DNA of 63,455 nt, counting the filler, from an uncultured Ignavibacteriales bacterium (GTDB lineage Bacteria > Zixibacteria > MSB-5A5 > GN15 > JAAZOE01), in assembly GCA_964611355.1 (NCBI GenBank). It is 21 parts of 21 records of this genome, joined end to end, with 100 filler letters (N's around TTAATTAATTAA, not from the genome) between each part and the next. Parts side by side here need not be neighbours in the genome. Positions count along the whole stretch, not along the records: positions 47,757 to 49,984 come from CAZSYD010000103.1; positions 50,085 to 52,161 come from CAZSYD010000104.1; positions 52,262 to 54,317 come from CAZSYD010000105.1; positions 54,418 to 56,469 come from CAZSYD010000106.1; positions 56,570 to 58,358 come from CAZSYD010000107.1; positions 58,459 to 60,175 come from CAZSYD010000108.1; 15 more parts are not named here. One strand, given 5' to 3'. Below, piece by piece: positions 48,468-59,180 of the stretch (positions are counted from its first letter, which is position 1; each line of letters begins with the position of its first letter). The notes beneath the pieces are model-generated. The model did not search any database, was not told the origin of the DNA, and was given only the letters and a program-made list of their open reading frames with translations. A program made the translations under genes and the position numbers.

Positions 48468-49640
48468 ATGAAAAGATATGTCTGGATAATGCTGTCAATA
48501 GTTATAGCCATTGTTTTGACGGAAATTACTCTCAACCTGTTTTTTCGCGCCAACGACCCATATAGAAAAAAGAAACGTCGTGCTGCAGATATGAAGTATA
48601 TTGAATCCCAGTTTTTCCCCAACGAGGAGTATTTTTTCTACCCCGAACCGGAGCTTTCCGGAATGCCGCAGCAGTCTCTGTTCACTACCAATAATCTGGG
48701 GTTTCGGGGCCCGCATCTTGTCTATCCAAAACCACTCGATGAATACCGTATATTTATGGTAGGAGGAAGCACAACCGAGTGTCTTTACCTTGACGACACT
48801 CTTACGATTACTCATGTACTCCAGTCATATCTGAATAGCCATTGTCCGGATATCGCGGTATTCAAGGTATACAACGCCGGAAAGGGGGCAGATAAAAGTT
48901 ATGATCATATGGCCATGATTAGCCAGCGAATCATCTATTTGCAGCCGGATATGATAATCGTATTCGCAGGCATTAATGATCTTTTGGCGGCGATTTGCGG
49001 AGTCGACTATATTCATCTCCCGAAGACGCGAAATACCTACTATTCCTTTCTTGATCTGACGAAGTATCTTCTAACTGAATTTCAGATAACAAGATATATT
49101 TATTACATCTTGAACCCCAAATCAGATGAAGATATAATGACAGAAATCCCATTTTTTTCGAACTATAAACGACAGGTGGAACTCCGTAAATCGTACCCGG
49201 TGTCAAAAAAGCGCCCACGAACGGGTCTGTCCCTATACAGAAATAATATCCTCTCTATTATCGGCATAGCGCACGCTCACGATATTGAACTTGTACTTGT
49301 GACACAAATTACTACATGGAACAGCAAAGTGGATGCCCGCGTGTCGGAATGGCACTGGCTAACCCATAGGAATGGCGTAACTTACAGTGAGTTGCTGATG
49401 GATCGGGCGATGGAAGCCTATAATGATGTTGTTCGTCAATTAGCCTTGGAGTACGATGTCCAGCTCTTTGATCTGGCACGGGAAATGCCCAAGTCACTCG
49501 ACTATATTTACGATGATTGCCATCTTAATGTTCCCGGCGCTCATAGGGCAGGTGCGCTACTGGGTGATTTTATAATGCAAAACTGTCGGGAATTCTTGGG
49601 CAACGGAAGTATCCCAGGCCATGAAATGAGTGATAATTAA
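48468..49640 (+). CDS. SGNH/GDSL hydrolase-family protein with N-terminal TM
   Basis: TNNLGFRG, VGGSTT, VYNAG, FAGIND, DDCHLN. Confidence 0.85.
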   Translation: MKRYVWIMLSIVIAIVLTEITLNLFFRANDPYRKKKRRAADMKYIESQFFPNEEYFFYPEPELSGMPQQSLFTTNNLGFRGPHLVYPKPLDEYRIFMVGGSTTECLYLDDTLTITHVLQSYLNSHCPDIAVFKVYNAGKGADKSYDHMAMISQRIIYLQPDMIIVFAGINDLLAAICGVDYIHLPKTRNTYYSFLDLTKYLLTEFQITRYIYYILNPKSDEDIMTEIPFFSNYKRQVELRKSYPVSKKRPRTGLSLYRNNILSIIGIAHAHDIELVLVTQITTWNSKVDARVSEWHWLTHRNGVTYSELLMDRAMEAYNDVVRQLALEYDVQLFDLAREMPKSLDYIYDDCHLNVPGAHRAGALLGDFIMQNCREFLGNGSIPGHEMSDN

Positions 49641-49935
49641 GAACAGAAATGATGACAACACCGGGCAACATGGTTTTTGGGACTTGAATTGTTTTTGGGA
49701 AATCTACGTTGATTCATTGATAAATAATCCGAGGGCTTTATTTAGGGCAGGTAATAAGAGCCGATTCATTGGAGTAATGCCTATATTGCTCAATGACTTC
49801 GACAGACGAGAGAGATTTTGGAAACTTATCTTTTAAGGCCCGCCAGGGTCCGCTTCACGCCTACCCCGGAATCTTCAACTACCCGAATGATCTCCATTTC
49901 CTCCGATTGACTATGATGCGTATGCCGGACAAAGC

Positions 49936-49968
49936 AAAACGGGGAAGCCCTCCCGGCTTCCCCGTTTT
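49936..49968. terminator. Bidirectional-type intrinsic terminator
   Basis: AAAACGGGGAAGCC-CTCCC-GGCTTCCCCGTTTT. Confidence 0.75.
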
Positions 49969-50084
49969 AGTCTTCCCGCTGAAANNNNNNNNNNNNNNNN
50001 NNNNNNNNNNNNNNNNNNNNNNNNNNNNTTAATTAATTAANNNNNNNNNNNNNNNNNNNNNNNNNNNNNNNNNNNNNNNNNNNN

Positions 50085-50188
50085 CTGATGTCCCGATATG
50101 TAAAACAGGAAAAGCATAAATCACCATAATTGCCGTTGTCGTGCGTACACCGCAGCCCGCCGAAGGCGGGATGGGCCACCGGTTCCCG
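50085..50188 (-). repeat. Inverted partial copy of the 16061-16241 repeat region
   Basis: 50085-50139 matches rc(about 16187-16241) with one mismatch; also carries the CCCGCCGAAGGCGGG hairpin. Confidence 0.85.
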
Positions 50189-50293
50189 GTATAATTATCC
50201 ACTAATAGGGCCAGATTATGAAATACCATTGGTTGTATATTGATTATGGTGTAAGGAGTTTTAACAGGGTAAAATTGCAGGGGCAGGTGTCAA

Positions 50294-50457
50294 GAGGCTG
50301 TCTCATAAGTCCCACGTCATCGCGAGCGACCGAAGGGAGCGTGGCGATCTCAAATCTGTAATTGTATCCGGGATAAGAGATTGCCGCGTCGCTTCGCTCC
50401 TCGCAATGACGTTCCTGGGAGCCGAAGTGATTAAAAATGAGGTTTTGGGACAACCTC
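50294..50457. mobile_element. 164-bp MITE-like element with an internal palindromic (RPE/REP-like) cargo
   Basis: TIRs GAGGCTGTCTCATAA / TTTTGGGACAACCTC; flanking CAA direct repeat; internal GTCATCGCGAG...CTCGCAATGAC palindrome at 50316-50410. Confidence 0.65.
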
Positions 50458-50609
50458 CAATATCTGCCGCGACAAAATTACAAGACAGGGTGTTCTGCGG
50501 GGCAAACAGCGAGGGTATGCCCGGAAACGGCTTCCGGATGACTGGTAACGCCAAAAGGCTGTGATTTTTGTGCTCATAGAACTGAACACTCAGGGAAACG
50601 AGGAAATTA

Positions 50610-50638
50610 TTGACAATTCGAAGAGACTCTTGTATTAT
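50610..50638 (+). promoter_or_regulatory. Putative sigma70 promoter
   Basis: TTGACA-17bp-TATTAT. Confidence 0.6.
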
Positions 50639-50725
50639 TCAGATGTTCAACGGGATAAATTATGTTTTTGAAACCCTTATATGGGAAATCTCGGCTAAAT
50701 ATAGATTCCTGAAAAGGGGTATTAT

Positions 50726-52030
50726 ATGAAGGCTTTGCTAACGCTCTTTACATTTATAATAGCCATTCTCGTAATGGCCAGTGTTTCGTTATCTGCGAGA
50801 ACCCTCGACTTTGCCGGTCCACAGTGGCAGGTAAGAACTGGATCCGGAGGACCGGGTCCGAACTCTTGGTCCGACAGCGAGCAGAGCGTTTGGGTTGACG
50901 CAAGTGGTAAGCTTCATCTTGATTGGGGTAATGTCAGCGGTGCGGACAAGTACCAAGTCCAAGTGGACAACAACAGCAATTTCAGTTCGCCGGAGAAAGA
51001 TGCTCAGCCTTTATCGTCTTACTACAATGCTTCCGGTCTCGCGGACGGCACCAGGTACTGGTGGCGTGTGCGTGCACATAACAGTTGCGGCTGGGGTAAT
51101 TGGAACAGTGGAGATCAAGGCTTTATGACGGGGTTGACGCAGGAAGAATACCAGATTGACATCGGCCTCACGGTGGACGGTGTTATCGACGCCGATACGA
51201 TTCGCATCGATGAATTGTCAAGCTTCGATTTCTATTACAGAAACGACGATACACTCGGCGGATACTCAACCGGTTTTAGAATCTGGTCCGACAACGGCGT
51301 GGAATGGGCTTACGATATGGCCATCCTGAGAATCGACCACGTGAGCTTTATGCCTCCGGAGGTGGATACTATCTGGGCAGTTGTAACTACGGTTGATGGG
51401 TCCCGTCAGAGTCCAGTCAACTCAGTATGGGATCAGTACTTCGACATACACCTTGAGGATACGACGGGCGCCGATGGACTTGATTCAATCTTGTGGGCCG
51501 GTACCCGTAAATATCACGGTTTGTATCCCGGTCCGCTCGAACGGCAGGTGCTGGTTCATTTCCATGCCACAGCCGGAGCGGGCGGTACGCTTTGTATCGA
51601 CAGCAACAAGGTCGGCTTGGCGGGCGATTTCATATTTATAGATATCGCCGGCGGATGTATCACACCGGAAGCGCTCTGGCCCGAAGGCGGCCGGTGCTGG
51701 CCGGTTGCTGGCCCCACCACGGCGGCCGATGGCGGCACGCCGGGTGTTCCGTTTACCTGTAGCCTGCGCCAAAATTACCCAAACCCCTTCAACCCGGTGA
51801 CGAGCATTGAATTTGATTTACCCAAATCCGCTTTCGTTACCTTGACCATATATGATATATTGGGTAAAAAAGTAAGGACCTTAATCTATGAATACTTAGC
51901 CGCAGGCCGGAAAGTTGTTACCTGGGATGGCCGTGATGATAACGGGCAACTCGCATCCTCGGGTATATACTTTTACAGATTAGTCACGGACGATTTCACA
52001 GAAAGCAAGAAAATGATTCTCTTGAAATAA
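50726..52030 (+). CDS. Secreted modular protein (short GH16-like start, FN3-like domain, C-terminal FlgD/T9SS type A-like domain)
   Basis: Signal peptide; YQVQVD...YWWRVRA; LRQNYPNPFNPVTSI...SSGIYFYRL...KKMILLK. Confidence 0.85.
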   Translation: MKALLTLFTFIIAILVMASVSLSARTLDFAGPQWQVRTGSGGPGPNSWSDSEQSVWVDASGKLHLDWGNVSGADKYQVQVDNNSNFSSPEKDAQPLSSYYNASGLADGTRYWWRVRAHNSCGWGNWNSGDQGFMTGLTQEEYQIDIGLTVDGVIDADTIRIDELSSFDFYYRNDDTLGGYSTGFRIWSDNGVEWAYDMAILRIDHVSFMPPEVDTIWAVVTTVDGSRQSPVNSVWDQYFDIHLEDTTGADGLDSILWAGTRKYHGLYPGPLERQVLVHFHATAGAGGTLCIDSNKVGLAGDFIFIDIAGGCITPEALWPEGGRCWPVAGPTTAADGGTPGVPFTCSLRQNYPNPFNPVTSIEFDLPKSAFVTLTIYDILGKKVRTLIYEYLAAGRKVVTWDGRDDNGQLASSGIYFYRLVTDDFTESKKMILLK

Positions 52031-52070
52031 CCGCGAAAACTAACCCGTCGCAGGTTAGTCAAGCTTTACC

Positions 52071-52106
52071 AAGGGCAGAGGCAATACAGCTTCTGCCCTT
52101 TTTTTT
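52071..52106 (+). terminator. Intrinsic terminator
   Basis: AAGGGCAGAGGC...GCTTCTGCCCTTTTTTTT. Confidence 0.8.
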
Positions 52107-52261
52107 GGAAACCGATACCACAAGCCCGCCGATCACCGTCTCCTTGTTTTTCTAATATATANNNNNNNNNNNNNNNNNNNNNNNNNNNNNNNNNNNNNNN
52201 NNNNNTTAATTAATTAANNNNNNNNNNNNNNNNNNNNNNNNNNNNNNNNNNNNNNNNNNNN

Positions 52262-52938
52262 CCCGATCCCGGCGGCCCGACAAGGATGATATTATGCCCT
52301 CCGGCCGCGGCCACTTCCAAAGCCCGTTTGGCCGATTCCTGCCCGCGGACATCGGAAAAGTCAACGTCATATTGGCGTGACTGCTCGAAGATCGAATTAA
52401 TATCGATGCTGAACCGCTCAATGTGATTCGATCCTTCCAGAAAGCCGATTGTCTCGGTCAAAGATTTTACCGGATAGACTTCCACGCCTTGCGCCATAGC
52501 GGCTTCCTTGGCATTATCGACCGGCACGATAAACTTTTTTTGCCCGTTACGGGAGGCGTGAATAGCCATCGGCAAAACACCGGGAACGGGTCTTATCTGG
52601 CCGTCAAGGGCCAGTTCGCCGACCATGATAAATTCGTCGTAATTGTCGAGTAGAATCTGGCCGGTGGCGCCCAGGATTCCGACGGCAATCGGCAGGTCAA
52701 ACCCGGAACCTTCCTTTTTGATATCCGCCGGAGCAAGATTTATCGTGATTTTTTTGGCCGGGAAGATAAAATCGGAATTTTTGATAGCCGATTGGACTCG
52801 TTCTTTTGATTCCTTGACGGCGGCGTCCGGCAGGCCGACCGTCACAAATGACGGCAGCATCTGCTGGACGTCGGCCTCGACTTCGACCGTATAGGCCTCA
52901 ATGCCGGTTGTGGCGGCGGAGATAATTTTTGCCAGCAT
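52262..52938 (-). CDS. comM: ComM/YifB Mg-chelatase-like AAA ATPase, N-terminal part
   Basis: [49 protein letters not shown]...GPPGS. Confidence 0.9.
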
Positions 52939-53148
52939 AGTCAAATTTTTCCTGAATTATCATACAATAATAACACACGCCGCCTAAATTCCCAATCACT
53001 TTTTGCATTCTTTTGCTTATACGGTGACAGGTTTTGTCAGTGGGCAGCGTTATTTCACCTTGCCAACCGGCCCGGGTTCGCTTATTTTGGCGCTGAGATT
53101 GGAAACTGTTTTATCGACTTGAATGAACTTTTGGACATATAAGAAGAT

Positions 53149-54303
53149 ATGGTAATCAATTCGTCGCAGTTCAAAGTAGGGCTGCTATCAGTATTCACGC
53201 TTATCTCAGCGGTATCGCTTGTTATTTCGGGCTGTACCGACCCGGGAAGCCCTGAAACGGGGACATATTCGATCAGCAACCGGCTGGTCGTGTATCAGTC
53301 GGCGGCGACTCCGCCAATGGATGATCCAAACGACGATGTATGGGATAATGCTCTCGCCGGAGCGATTACTCTGGGTGAATCGGGCTATCCCAACGATTTC
53401 AGCCCGCCGACCAAATGCTTTATGAAGGCTATCAAGACCGCCGATCGGCTTTATATTCGCGCCGAATGGACCGACCTTGACCGCGACGTCTGGCCGAATC
53501 TAATCGTCCATTACAGGGATAGTACTTTTGATACGCTCACGGTCGATCCGCTGGTGATCGATACGGTTGTTTCGATTTTGTGGACGCGCAGCCCGACTTA
53601 TGTCGAAATTACCACAATCGATACGACAGTTACGGGTGATAGTACGGTCATCGATACGACGGTAAGCAGTGTCAGAGCCGACCAGGACCGTTTTGCGATT
53701 ATCTGGGACATTGGCGACAATGGAGACGAGGGGGCTGACTGCATAACCATGTGCCACTCATCAGGCCACGCCACGTCGGGAGATAAGATGTACACCACGG
53801 GCGGCGGGCATGTTGACGTATGGCAGTGGCTGTCGGCGAATTCCGATCCTCTGCTGTTAACGAGAGATGAATACTGGAGCGGCGAAGGCCGGCAACTCGA
53901 CGCCGGCGACTCCCTTGCTGTTTCAAACTTCGATGATGTGACAGGGGAACCTATCTATGCTCACCCGGACGAGGTGGGATCCTACAAGCCGTTTTTACAT
54001 TCGGACTCCGCAATAGATTTCGCCCTGGCCAAAGAGCGAGCTTCGGGATATGAGATGCCCGGGTATGTCTTGAACGACAACGCAGAAGGATCGGTTATCG
54101 ACGTATCCGGTTTTTCCCATTATGGGCTCAATACCGCCCGATGGCTGATTCTTATGAGCCGGGTTTTGAGTACCGGCAACAGCGACGATATTGATTTTAC
54201 TCAAATTCAACCGGGCGATTCGGTGATGGTTACTATTGCCGTCATGGACAACGCCGACCGGTTGCATTCCGGTTCGGCGCCGTTTTATATTATTTTTCCC
54301 TGA
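53149..54303 (+). CDS. Ethylbenzene-dehydrogenase-gamma-like (DOMON heme-binding) lipoprotein, paralog 2
   Basis: Lipobox ISGC; LYIRAEWTD, QDRFAIIW, CITMCH, DVWQW, SRVLSTG..DDIDF, DN...H; ends YIIFP like paralog 1 (YLVFP). Confidence 0.7.
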   Translation: MVINSSQFKVGLLSVFTLISAVSLVISGCTDPGSPETGTYSISNRLVVYQSAATPPMDDPNDDVWDNALAGAITLGESGYPNDFSPPTKCFMKAIKTADRLYIRAEWTDLDRDVWPNLIVHYRDSTFDTLTVDPLVIDTVVSILWTRSPTYVEITTIDTTVTGDSTVIDTTVSSVRADQDRFAIIWDIGDNGDEGADCITMCHSSGHATSGDKMYTTGGGHVDVWQWLSANSDPLLLTRDEYWSGEGRQLDAGDSLAVSNFDDVTGEPIYAHPDEVGSYKPFLHSDSAIDFALAKERASGYEMPGYVLNDNAEGSVIDVSGFSHYGLNTARWLILMSRVLSTGNSDDIDFTQIQPGDSVMVTIAVMDNADRLHSGSAPFYIIFP

Positions 54304-54417
54304 TTTGCCATGCCTTTNNNNNNNNNNNNNNNNNNNNNNNNNNNNNNNNNNNNNNNNNNNNTTAATTAATTAANNNNNNNNNNNNNNNNNNNNNNNNNNN
54401 NNNNNNNNNNNNNNNNN

Positions 54418-56469
54418 CAGGTGCCAAAACCACCATGAGCATTGACTGCCTTTATCCATTCATCAAGAAAAGCGCGCTTCGTACGGTTTTTCTGGCTGTC
54501 GATGCCTTTGACCTCTAAGACCAAGAAATTGCCATTGGCCAACTTTATAATGAAATCCGGGCGATATTTCTTGACCATGCCGTCATAGATGTAGAGAATC
54601 TCAAAGCCTAAATGATCGTTTTTCACCCAGGCCGCCACGTTTTCATTACGGTCCAACTCAAATGCTTCGGATGCTTCCCAGGTACTATCAAAGACGCAAT
54701 GATTTATATGCGACTTCTTTGCGTATTCACACGGCTTGCCAGTGCCCCAGGGCCGCATATCGCCGGTGGATTTTATTGGCTTTTCACTATCGAAAACCAA
54801 GACCAAAGATTCAGTATTGGCAAACCTGATGTTCTCCCAAATATGCTGAACAATCTTATTCATATTCAGCGTCATCAAAATTCGCTTCTTATCTTCATGC
54901 TGGAAGAAGATTGGTGGAAATATCTTGATTTTATCCGATTTGATAAATTGCCCGACAATGCCTATGACCTGGGCCAGCAAATATTCCTTATTGCCTTTCC
55001 AGTCGACTGGCTTCATTTGATCGTAGACGTCGCGGGCCATTTCAAAGATGATCTTTTGCATCCTGTAATCTTTGGCCAAATCAGCCAGATTAATCTCAGT
55101 AATTCTGGTAACGTCGGGCTTGCCAGCGATGATCGGCGCGAGATCGGCCAGAGTGCGAGTCTCATAGGCATTCAGGTTGAGTGGCTTTACTTGAGATATT
55201 TCCAAGGTCAAAGTTGGTTTGTATATATGATCGATACGAATGATATTCGGCCAGCTTATTTCGAATTCCTGTTTTTCAGGAATAGGCTCAATTTTCGTCT
55301 TTGGAGGCGGCGGTGGCGGTGGCGGGCCATCTTTTGACTCATGTGGTAAGAACGTAAACGGGACGCCGAATATATTGACATATTCAGCCTCGAACAAACC
55401 GGTCTCTTCGTTTATCTCATAGGATGTACGTCTTAGACCTCTCCCTACTACTTGCTCGCACAAAAGTTGGCTTGTGAAAGCTCTCAGGCCCATAATATGG
55501 GTAACTGTCTTGGCATCCCAGCCCTCGGAGAGCATTCCGACAGAGATTACTTTTTGAACTTGCTCACCCGGCTTACCGACCTGACCAACAGTATCGACGG
55601 TTTGTCTGAGCAATTCGCCCAATTCTTTTTTGGATAGTTTCCTGACTGGTTTGTCGTCTTCGTCCGAACCGTCGCCACTATTATTCAGAACGGGCAATTC
55701 CTCCCGGGATTCCGCCTCATCAAGCACTTTCGAATCGATATGTAGTATTTTCTCGCGCTGACAAAGCTCATCGATCCGAATCTTTTTCCGGTTGAAGGCG
55801 AATTTCACACGGGCCGCAGTCTCAGTCCTATTAGTAACCGTAATCATCACCGGCGGCGTCTTATGACCCGATTTTCGCCATCTTTTTATAGTTTCCAACC
55901 AATCCTTCCCAAGCAGGTAATATCCATTAGTAACCAAGTCGGGTAGCGGCTCATGATCTTCGGCTTTTCGATTGAGGTCGCCCCTTACGTGCTGGTAGAT
56001 GTGATACAGCTTGGGTCGGAATGACTTAACATCCAGGGAAGCATCGTCTCGAATAACTACACGCGGGGTTTTGACTAAACCGGATTCGATAGCGTCATTT
56101 AACCCAAAATCACTAACGATCCAGTTAAATAGAGCTTCCTCAGAACTTTTCTTGCCTGATGGGGCAAAAGGCGTGGCTGAGAAGTCGTAGCAATTGAGAA
56201 TCCGCCTTACCTTGTGAATTCTGTCCAGGCCGCTTACCCAGATTGTGGCCTTCTCGATATCTTCTTTCTTGATCCCTTTGATTTTCGATTCAGCCGGAAC
56301 GCGCCAGGCATGGTGAGCTTCATCATTAATGACTATAATATTCCGGGCGTTGGCCATATCTTCGAGCACTTCGCGGACGTACGCTTCATCGCTTTTAACG
56401 CCACGCTTATCTACGCTTTTCTTTTTGGCCAGCTTTTCTTCGGTCTCCCAGCTCAGGACGTGCCAGTTC
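54418..56469 (-). CDS. Type III restriction enzyme Res subunit, internal fragment
   Basis: INDEAHH, FSATP, SVGMLSEGWD, EQVVGRGLR, C-terminal YRPDFII...LEVKG nuclease; AT-richer; open at both contig ends. Confidence 0.85.
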
Positions 56470-56569
56470 NNNNNNNNNNNNNNNNNNNNNNNNNNNNNNN
56501 NNNNNNNNNNNNNTTAATTAATTAANNNNNNNNNNNNNNNNNNNNNNNNNNNNNNNNNNNNNNNNNNNN

Positions 56570-56940
56570 TTTTCACCACCCGCAAAACGAGACGCTTCGG
56601 CCTGGGGCTGTCGATGATTTCGGAATCCGCGAAAGCAACCGGCGGTGAGCTAACCGTCGAGTCGGCGCCTGGAAAGGGCACCAGGGTGAGGGCGACCTTT
56701 CAGCGAAGCCACATCGACATGAAGCCCCTCGGGGACATCCCGCAGACGCTGTTGACCCTGATTGCCGGGCATCCGGATATCGAACTGAGCTATTGCCACA
56801 CCATCGGCGGGGAGACGTTTTCCTTTGACACGAGGGAGATCCGGGACCTGCCTATCGGTTCCCCGCAGGTGCTGCGGCGGATCGGTGAGTACATACAGGA
56901 GGGGATAGACAGGCTAACAAGACGCGCAAAGGACTCCTAA
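56570..56940 (+). CDS. C-terminal part of a HATPase_c (histidine-kinase-like) protein of the type found in [FeFe]-hydrogenase gene clusters
   Basis: FTTRKTRRFGLGL...GGELTVESAPGKGTRV...SHIDMKPLGD. Confidence 0.7.
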
Positions 56941-56966
56941 TGTCCTGTCCCGGCAATAACTTGACG
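56938..56966 (+). mobile_element. Possible IS4-like terminal remnant starting at the stop codon
   Basis: TAATGTCCTGTCCCGGCAATAACTTGAC; recalled similarity only, no partner end seen. Confidence 0.25.
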
Positions 56967-57124
56967 ATGTAAACCGTATTAACTGATTGTCTATCACAAG
57001 CTAAATGATTCTTGAAAAAGAAAGGAACTTGTGGGATTGGACACTAACAGCTTATTGAAAAACTCCACATTCTATATGAATTTTATGTGTCATTGGAGTA
57101 TTGTTATGAAATTCAACCATACCC

Positions 57125-57174
57125 TATAAATGGCGGAGTAAAAGTGTACCAGATGGCGGTCGAAAAGTGTACCA
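57125..57174 (+). mobile_element. IS21-like terminal sequence
   Basis: Tandem ATGGCGG...AAAAGTGTACCA x2, typical of IS21 multiple terminal repeats; no istA follows. Confidence 0.55.
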
Positions 57175-57252
57175 TCTGGGCGCTAAAATAACCCTCTGAA
57201 CGAGGGCGGTCAATTATACTTTATCATTTTTCTCTTTTTTTCTCGTCAGTTT

Positions 57253-57477
57253 TTGTCTTATTCGACTGACGCGGATACCTACCGCGCTCGAGGCTATCTG
57301 TATGACCGACACGGCAAACACGAAAATGCGCTTTCTGACTATTCCAAAGCGATCGAATTTGATCCGACGGATGTGGTATCGCTGAATGCTCGCGGATACA
57401 TCTATATGATGATAATAAAGGATAAGAAGAAGGCTTGTTCCGATTGGAAACGCGCCTGTGAATTAGGAAGTGGATGA
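57253..57477 (+). pseudogene. TPR protein C-terminal fragment
   Basis: ARGYLY...ALSDYSKAIEFDP...KACSDWKRACELG; no credible start, preceded by an IS end. Confidence 0.6.
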
Positions 57478-57547
57478 TGATGGCCTGCGGCCTATGGGCT
57501 GGGCGACCGGCACTCGCGATTCGGTAGTTGTCGATTCCTCAACCTAC

Positions 57548-57700
57548 TCAAACTTCACCTATTCCAAGAGCCAGCGGCAGGACTCCGAATACGGTCGAAA
57601 GAGCCGTCATTATAATCGGGCGGAACCGGATCGGCCCGGCTTCCAAGAGAGAGGCGTTGCGTTCCATTCCCTGAGCTCGCCGTTGGCGGGCAAAATCAAC
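57548..57700 (-). pseudogene. Internal fragment of an AcrB/RND efflux permease
   Basis: VDFARQRRAQG...SLLEAGPIRFRPIIMTALSTVFGVLPLALGIGE; only about 50 codons. Confidence 0.75.
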
Positions 57701-57996
57701 TTGGTACGCCACCCAACGGGTGCGTTTATAATATTCCTTCTGAGACGCCACCGGCAATAACCGAATCACCACCTGCAAAACAGTTTCACAACATCATCAC
57801 CGCTAATCCAAAAACCTCCGCCTTCTATGGATAACTATGTCAGATTATTCAAATATATGTGGACGCTGTCCTGACGTTCCTTCCTGAGTCAGGACGAAGG
57901 GTAGGATGGGCAAAACGTGAACCACTCCAACAATCACCACCAAACCTGTAGTTGCAAAATATAAAAATAATAAAACAAACCCATTTCGCCGTATCC
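57694..57996 (-). repeat. About 300-bp dispersed non-coding element, copy 2
   Basis: Inverted homolog of 34565-34868. Confidence 0.85.
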
Positions 57997-58269
57997 GCAT
58001 GGCCAGTATCAGGATACACGATATTTTCAACGCGAGTAATCCACTCCTTCGGGAGTGGGGGAAGATATTAATATGAAATGTGATTGAAATACGTGGTTGT
58101 CAGCCAACTGAAGTTCTTAGGATAGGGAATCCCTATCGACGAAGCTGGGATGTCAAACTATGGGTGCTGATTTTCTAACAATTTTCTAACAGAGCGGATA
58201 TCAGTCTGATGATCGTCGGTAAATGTTCTCCTCTCGATCAAATATACGTTGACACCAGCCGTATCCATA

Positions 58270-58358
58270 TCACTTCAACAGCAGCATCTGCCGGGTCAGG
58301 CTGGTCTCGGAGTATTGCACCCGGAAAAAATAGATACCGCTGGCGACGGGCTGACCCG
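58270..58358 (-). CDS. C-terminus of another FlgD/T9SS type A-like domain protein (not in the ORF track)
   Basis: GQPVASGIYFFRVQYSETSLTRQMLLLK*. Confidence 0.75.
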
Positions 58359-58559
58359 NNNNNNNNNNNNNNNNNNNNNNNNNNNNNNNNNNNNNNNNNN
58401 NNTTAATTAATTAANNNNNNNNNNNNNNNNNNNNNNNNNNNNNNNNNNNNNNNNNNNNCCCAAAGTAGTGAAAGCCACCCGGGATTATTTCCGAAGAATG
58501 AAAATGTAGCAACGAATGGAAAGCTCATGCCGGCGGAAAAGTACCAGCCGAAAAAACAA

Positions 58560-59135
58560 TTAAGCTACAATACTTTCTTTGGGAATTGTGGTCGGTTGTA
58601 GTTTAATGTGTACCTTCTGGCCGTCCCGGCGAACAATAACCGCCGGGGTCCCGACCACGGTGCAGTTATCCGGAACATCGACCATATAAATAAAAGTATT
58701 GGCGCCGATGCGAACGTTGCTGCCGATTATAACCGGCCCCAGGATAGTCGCCCCGGTGCCGACAAAGACATTGTTTCCCAGAGTCGGATGGCGTTTCCCC
58801 GTATGCTTGCCGGTTCCCCCGAGGGTAACATTATGGAACAGGACACAATTGTCGCCGATTTGGGCCGTCTCACCGATAACAACACCCGCGCCGTGGTCGA
58901 TAAACAGCCCCGAACCGATATCGGCTCCCGGGTGAATTTCTATTCCGGTCAACAACCGGCTGATTTGCGAAAAGAGCCTGGGGAAAAGAGGAATACCGAG
59001 TTTATAAAGGCTATGAACGAAACGGTGCATCAGGATAGAATGAAACCCGGGATAAAGCAGAAACTCGATATTCCTGGCGGCGGGATCGTTACGATTTATC
59101 GCCCTGACATCTTCGATAATACTTCTAAATATCAT
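58560..59135 (-). CDS. cysE: Serine O-acetyltransferase
   Basis: DPAAR, YPG.H, TGIEIHPGA, FIDHGAGVVIGETA, VTLGGTGK...RHPTLG. Confidence 0.93.
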   Translation of the reverse strand: MIFRSIIEDVRAINRNDPAARNIEFLLYPGFHSILMHRFVHSLYKLGIPLFPRLFSQISRLLTGIEIHPGADIGSGLFIDHGAGVVIGETAQIGDNCVLFHNVTLGGTGKHTGKRHPTLGNNVFVGTGATILGPVIIGSNVRIGANTFIYMVDVPDNCTVVGTPAVIVRRDGQKVHIKLQPTTIPKESIVA

Positions 59136-59180
59136 ATCGGTTATACGAATATTCGGACGAAAGCGCGAAAATATTATGCC

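Noticed and set aside
58029..58156. Hairpin CCACTCC-TTCG-GGAGTGG and downstream GGAATCCC...GATGTCAA resembling IS200/IS605 ends
   Set aside because: Too degenerate, single copy, and no tnpA/tnpB; not supportable as a feature
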